Positions 60,985 to 64,000 of a stretch of 64,000 bases of DNA are shown here, in pieces; positions within the stretch are counted from its first letter, which is position 1; each line of letters begins with the position of its first letter. Below the pieces are notes generated by a model. It saw nothing but the letters and a program-made list of their open reading frames with translations. It made no database searches and had not been told where the DNA came from. Where the stretch lies: contig JAKPGJ010000038.1 of NCBI GenBank assembly GCA_029550965.1, positions 3,057-67,056 of the forward strand. The letters are read 5' to 3'. This DNA is from Bacillota bacterium. Its GTDB lineage: Bacteria; Bacillota; Clostridia; Oscillospirales; CAG-382. A program made the position numbers and the translations under genes.

Positions 60985-63582
60985 ATGAAGCGTATTCTTG
61001 CAATACTGTTGATTTGCGCATTTGCTTTTTCTTTCGCGGCATGTGAAAAAGACGAGCCTGGAACCAGCAGTGAAACTGGTTCTGAAGATACGACCTCTGA
61101 AGCGCCGAGCATCAGTCCGAAAATCAAAGCCATCGACGAGCTGTTGGGCGCTGCGCCGGACCGTACCAAAGGCCGCACGAATATATTAAAAGGCATACCC
61201 TACAAGCCTTCCGCGGAACCGGGCAGCAACGGTTCCTATACCGACCCCGAACATAAGCTGCTGACAGACGGCGTTTTCGCCGATTCCTTCAACAAATACG
61301 CCTGGGCCGGCTTTACCGTGTCCGGCGGCGTTACGCTCACCTTTGACCTCGGCAAGGTCGTTGAAGGGATCGCCGATATCGAAATGGGCTGTTTAAGACA
61401 GCTCGCGTACGCGATCGGACTGCCCGGATATGTGGACGTTCTGGTGTCCGTAGACGGCGAGAAGTACACGCAGGTCGGCAGAATGTTTAAGCCCGACGAC
61501 GTCAGCGAAACGCAGAAATACACCTATGTATTCCGTCTGCAGGGCGTTGTCAGCGCGCAATACATACAGGTTCGATACGGAGCTCCGGAAAGCGGATTTG
61601 TATTTATAGACGAAATCGCCGCTTATGTATATGACGGCGGCGGAAGCGATGTCACGCAGGTAAGCGATTATTATGAGCCGTTTACGCCCGACCCCAACGG
61701 CACCTATTGGGACGAGAGCGAGCCCGACTACGCGACCAAACAGAACCTCGCGCTGGGCAAAAAGGTTTCCGTCATCAGCTTTTCGTCGTTCGACTCGAAT
61801 AACGCGAATACAAAGCAGAATTCCAAGCCCGACGACGGCGTTTTGACGGACGGCACCTATGCGCGGTTCGCTTCGTGGGAAAGAGCGGACGTTTTCCGCT
61901 TCACACAGGGAGACGGCCGGCAGATTATCATAGACCTTGAGAAAATATCCGCGGTTTCACAGGTAAAAGGCGATTTCCTGCAGCAGACCGCGTGGGGCGT
62001 TCGACTGCCCGAAGCCGTCGGCATCAGCGTCAGCCTGAACGGCATTGACTGGCAGGGCGTCGCTACGGTGGACATTACATCGGACAATACAAGCGAAGTG
62101 AAATTCGTTCCGTTCACCGCGGATTTCAAGAAACCCTACCGCGCCCGCTACGTAAAGGTGCAGTTTTTGGTAACCCCGTTCGCCGCGCTTTCCGAAATTG
62201 AGGTGATCGGAACCAAAAAGATTCCGGCAGACGCGCTTACGCCCGACCCGGACGCGAACGTGACCAGAATGAGAGACCGCTATGTCACGCCGGACGAGTT
62301 CGACGGCATGAGCAATATTCTCTGCACGCCGATCTGCCGCGGCGACGGCACTACCTATGACGAAAGCGCGATGATTACACACGACGAGTTTTTGAAATAC
62401 GTCGGCTATTATGAAGGCGACAAACTCATCGACACCTTCTTTGACACCTTCCTGTTCTCCCCCTGCGCCGACTTTACGAACGCCAACGACCGGTTCAACC
62501 TCAAGGGTTGGAAGTTCTACATCGACAGCCAGTTTGTCCCCGACCGCAACCTTTACGCGCTCAACGAAGCGGTCAAGACCGTCGGCAACGGGCTCGGCAT
62601 AAACGACCTGAAGGTGAACGTATTCCTGTCCATTTTGCGCACGTTCCCGCGGAACCCTGACGGCAGCCTGAACACCTTCGGAGACATTGACGGCGACGGC
62701 GTGAACGATTCCTTCGACAATATCGAAAACCGCAGGAAGGCCATGAAGTGGATGATCGACACGCAGCTGCGGATGTATAACGAGGCCGGCTTCGACCGCC
62801 TGAAACTGGCCGGTTTCTATTGGCAGGAAGAAGTTCTCCACCTCAACGACGACCCGCAGGAAGCCGAACTGGTAAAATGGGCCGTCGATTACGTCCATCA
62901 GCTCGGATATAAAATCATGTGGATTCCTTACTATCAGGCAACCGGTTTCACGAAATGGCAGAATTTCGGCTTTGACCTTGCCTGCCTGCAGCCGAACTAC
63001 TCGTTTATGCCCGTTTACGACGAGGACCGCCTGGACTCCGCGGCTTTACAGGCAAAAATGCACGGCATGTGCGTAGAGCTTGAGCTGGGCTCCTATACCA
63101 ACCGGGTAAACATCGAGCGATATAAGGAGTACCTTGAGTACGGCGTGAAATACGGATATATGAACGCCGTCAAGGTCTATTACGTCGGCGTTATTCCGTC
63201 GGATTTGTCCATGGCATTGACCAGCGACGACGCTTATACGAGAGCGGTATATCGCGACACTTACCTGTTCGCGAAAGGAAAGCTGGACGAGAACTACAAC
63301 AAACAGGAAGCAACGGATCTGCCGGCTCCGAAACCCGCTACCGTTTCCGGCTCGAAAAAGCGCGCCGTATCCGGCAGGATTGAAATTGACGCGGAAGATT
63401 ACAGCTACTTAGCTGTTACCGTATCGCCGAAATACGGCATGCTCAAACTGAACCGCGACGGCAGCTTCTCTTACACGCCGTTCGACGCGTTTGAAGGAAC
63501 CGACAGTTTCAGCGTTGCCGCCGTGTATCCGTCCGGCATCAGCGAAAGCGTTGCCATCACCATAGAATGGAGCTTTGAATAA
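60985..63582 (+). CDS. Large lipoprotein with two discoidin/F5-8-type-C-like domains, a DUF4855-like (TIM-barrel-like) core and a C-terminal Ig/cadherin-like domain
   Basis: The ORF-track ORF begins at 60949. I prefer the ATG at 60985 after AGGAGG (MKRILAILLICAFAFSFAACEKD, a lipobox). Two LTDG-containing ~150-aa modules end in DEIAAYV and SEIEVIG. The core carries FDTFLFSP, GFYWQEE and MWIPYY motifs, recalled from DUF4855. Confidence 0.75.
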   Translation: MKRILAILLICAFAFSFAACEKDEPGTSSETGSEDTTSEAPSISPKIKAIDELLGAAPDRTKGRTNILKGIPYKPSAEPGSNGSYTDPEHKLLTDGVFADSFNKYAWAGFTVSGGVTLTFDLGKVVEGIADIEMGCLRQLAYAIGLPGYVDVLVSVDGEKYTQVGRMFKPDDVSETQKYTYVFRLQGVVSAQYIQVRYGAPESGFVFIDEIAAYVYDGGGSDVTQVSDYYEPFTPDPNGTYWDESEPDYATKQNLALGKKVSVISFSSFDSNNANTKQNSKPDDGVLTDGTYARFASWERADVFRFTQGDGRQIIIDLEKISAVSQVKGDFLQQTAWGVRLPEAVGISVSLNGIDWQGVATVDITSDNTSEVKFVPFTADFKKPYRARYVKVQFLVTPFAALSEIEVIGTKKIPADALTPDPDANVTRMRDRYVTPDEFDGMSNILCTPICRGDGTTYDESAMITHDEFLKYVGYYEGDKLIDTFFDTFLFSPCADFTNANDRFNLKGWKFYIDSQFVPDRNLYALNEAVKTVGNGLGINDLKVNVFLSILRTFPRNPDGSLNTFGDIDGDGVNDSFDNIENRRKAMKWMIDTQLRMYNEAGFDRLKLAGFYWQEEVLHLNDDPQEAELVKWAVDYVHQLGYKIMWIPYYQATGFTKWQNFGFDLACLQPNYSFMPVYDEDRLDSAALQAKMHGMCVELELGSYTNRVNIERYKEYLEYGVKYGYMNAVKVYYVGVIPSDLSMALTSDDAYTRAVYRDTYLFAKGKLDENYNKQEATDLPAPKPATVSGSKKRAVSGRIEIDAEDYSYLAVTVSPKYGMLKLNRDGSFSYTPFDAFEGTDSFSVAAVYPSGISESVAITIEWSFE

Positions 63583-63586
63583 AGTA

Positions 63587-63622
63587 AAACAGACGGTGTT
63601 GAAACACACCGTCTGTTTTTTT
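63587..63622. terminator. Bidirectional rho-independent terminator
   Basis: AAAACAGACGGTGT-GTTGAAAC-ACACCGTCTGTTTTTTT, located between convergent genes. Confidence 0.9.
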
Positions 63623-63626
63623 ATGC

Positions 63627-64000
63627 TTACGTTCTTCTGACGCTTGCTCGTATCGCCACGGTTATGCCTGCCAGTATGATTACGGAAGCGATCAGCATAT
63701 ACACAGAGCTGGGGTCACCGGTCGGAACCTTCGGCGGTGCCGAAGACGTGCCGGTGCTCAAAGTGGATAACGCGAATCCGCCGTTGCCGTAAACCTTGTT
63801 CAGATCGTTGTCCAGCGCTTCCGTCATCCGATGCGGCACCTGCCATGCGATGGTGCCCGTCGCGGTCGATTTGATCTTAAACGGCACTTTAATCACCAGC
63901 GAACCGTCTTCTTTCGCCGCGGAATCGGTCGATGCCGTCGCGAACGAAATGTCGTACCGGTTCTGTTCCTCGTCCAGTTTCGAGATGCCCTCCCATTTGT
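63627..64000 (-). CDS. C-terminal end of a cell-surface protein with a terminal membrane anchor. The 5' part lies beyond the window.
   Basis: The minus-strand frame is open from the window edge (..KWEGISKLDEEQNRYDISFATAS...). It ends ...SSAPPKVPTGDPSSVYMLIASVIILAGITVAIRASVRRT*, which is a hydrophobic helix plus a basic tail. The ORF-track start at 63896 is an internal GTG. Confidence 0.65.
   Translation of the reverse strand, partial: KWEGISKLDEEQNRYDISFATASTDSAAKEDGSLVIKVPFKIKSTATGTIAWQVPHRMTEALDNDLNKVYGNGGFALSTLSTGTSSAPPKVPTGDPSSVYMLIASVIILAGITVAIRASVRRT

Noticed and set aside
61957-62898. A 313-aa minus-strand ORF.
   Set aside because: It is antisense to the DUF4855-type lipoprotein gene.
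63627-63750. An LPXTG sortase signal in the C-terminus of the partial surface protein (PPKVPTGD).
   Set aside because: Here the P is followed directly by TG, whereas LPxTG and (S/P)PxTG motifs have an intervening residue. The hydrophobic helix plus basic tail supports membrane anchoring, but sortase processing cannot be claimed.

Overview
This is a 64-kb chromosomal segment from a Gram-positive, Clostridia-type Firmicute. The evidence is GGAGG-type RBSs, TTGACA-17-TATAAT promoters, housekeeping genes typical of that lineage, and GC-rich third codon positions that generate many long spurious antisense ORFs. I support about 50 protein genes, one 8-gene tRNA operon, several promoters and terminators, two tandem-repeat tracts and one frameshifted gene.

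The content is mostly core metabolism and maintenance:
- Cell division, repair and translation: ftsK, mfd-pth, tyrS, phoH-ybeY-era-recO and mutS2.
- Central and redox metabolism: ppdK, rex-adhE, ldh with a malic enzyme gene, and metY.
- Transport and rRNA modification: corA, a zur-znuBCA-type metal uptake operon, and rlmI.
- Envelope and accessory genes are interspersed. They include a secreted S8 protease, three paralogous orphan solute-binding lipoproteins, a DUF4855 lipoprotein, a GT-C-like membrane protein, several GNATs, an APH-family kinase and an AAC(6')-Ii-like acetyltransferase.

I see no transposase, integrase, phage, CRISPR-Cas or recognisable defence genes, and I cannot point to a convincing multi-gene novel system.

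The most unusual signal is at 35696-36081. It is 4.6 tandem 84-bp (28-codon) copies of the 3' end of the kinase-family gene. Each copy ends in its own stop codon, and the copies differ mainly at synonymous positions in the kinase reading frame.

Other points worth a second look:
- An in-frame TGA splits a membrane-protein gene that has a strong upstream RBS (18696-18794).
- An XRE regulator carries a Cys-containing 15-aa tandem repeat encoded by near-identical 45-bp repeats.
- A PspC-domain gene is frameshifted.
- A non-canonical palindrome sits at the znu promoter.
- The corA leader is structured but does not look like an M-box.

All calls come from reading and hand translation; no database searches were run.
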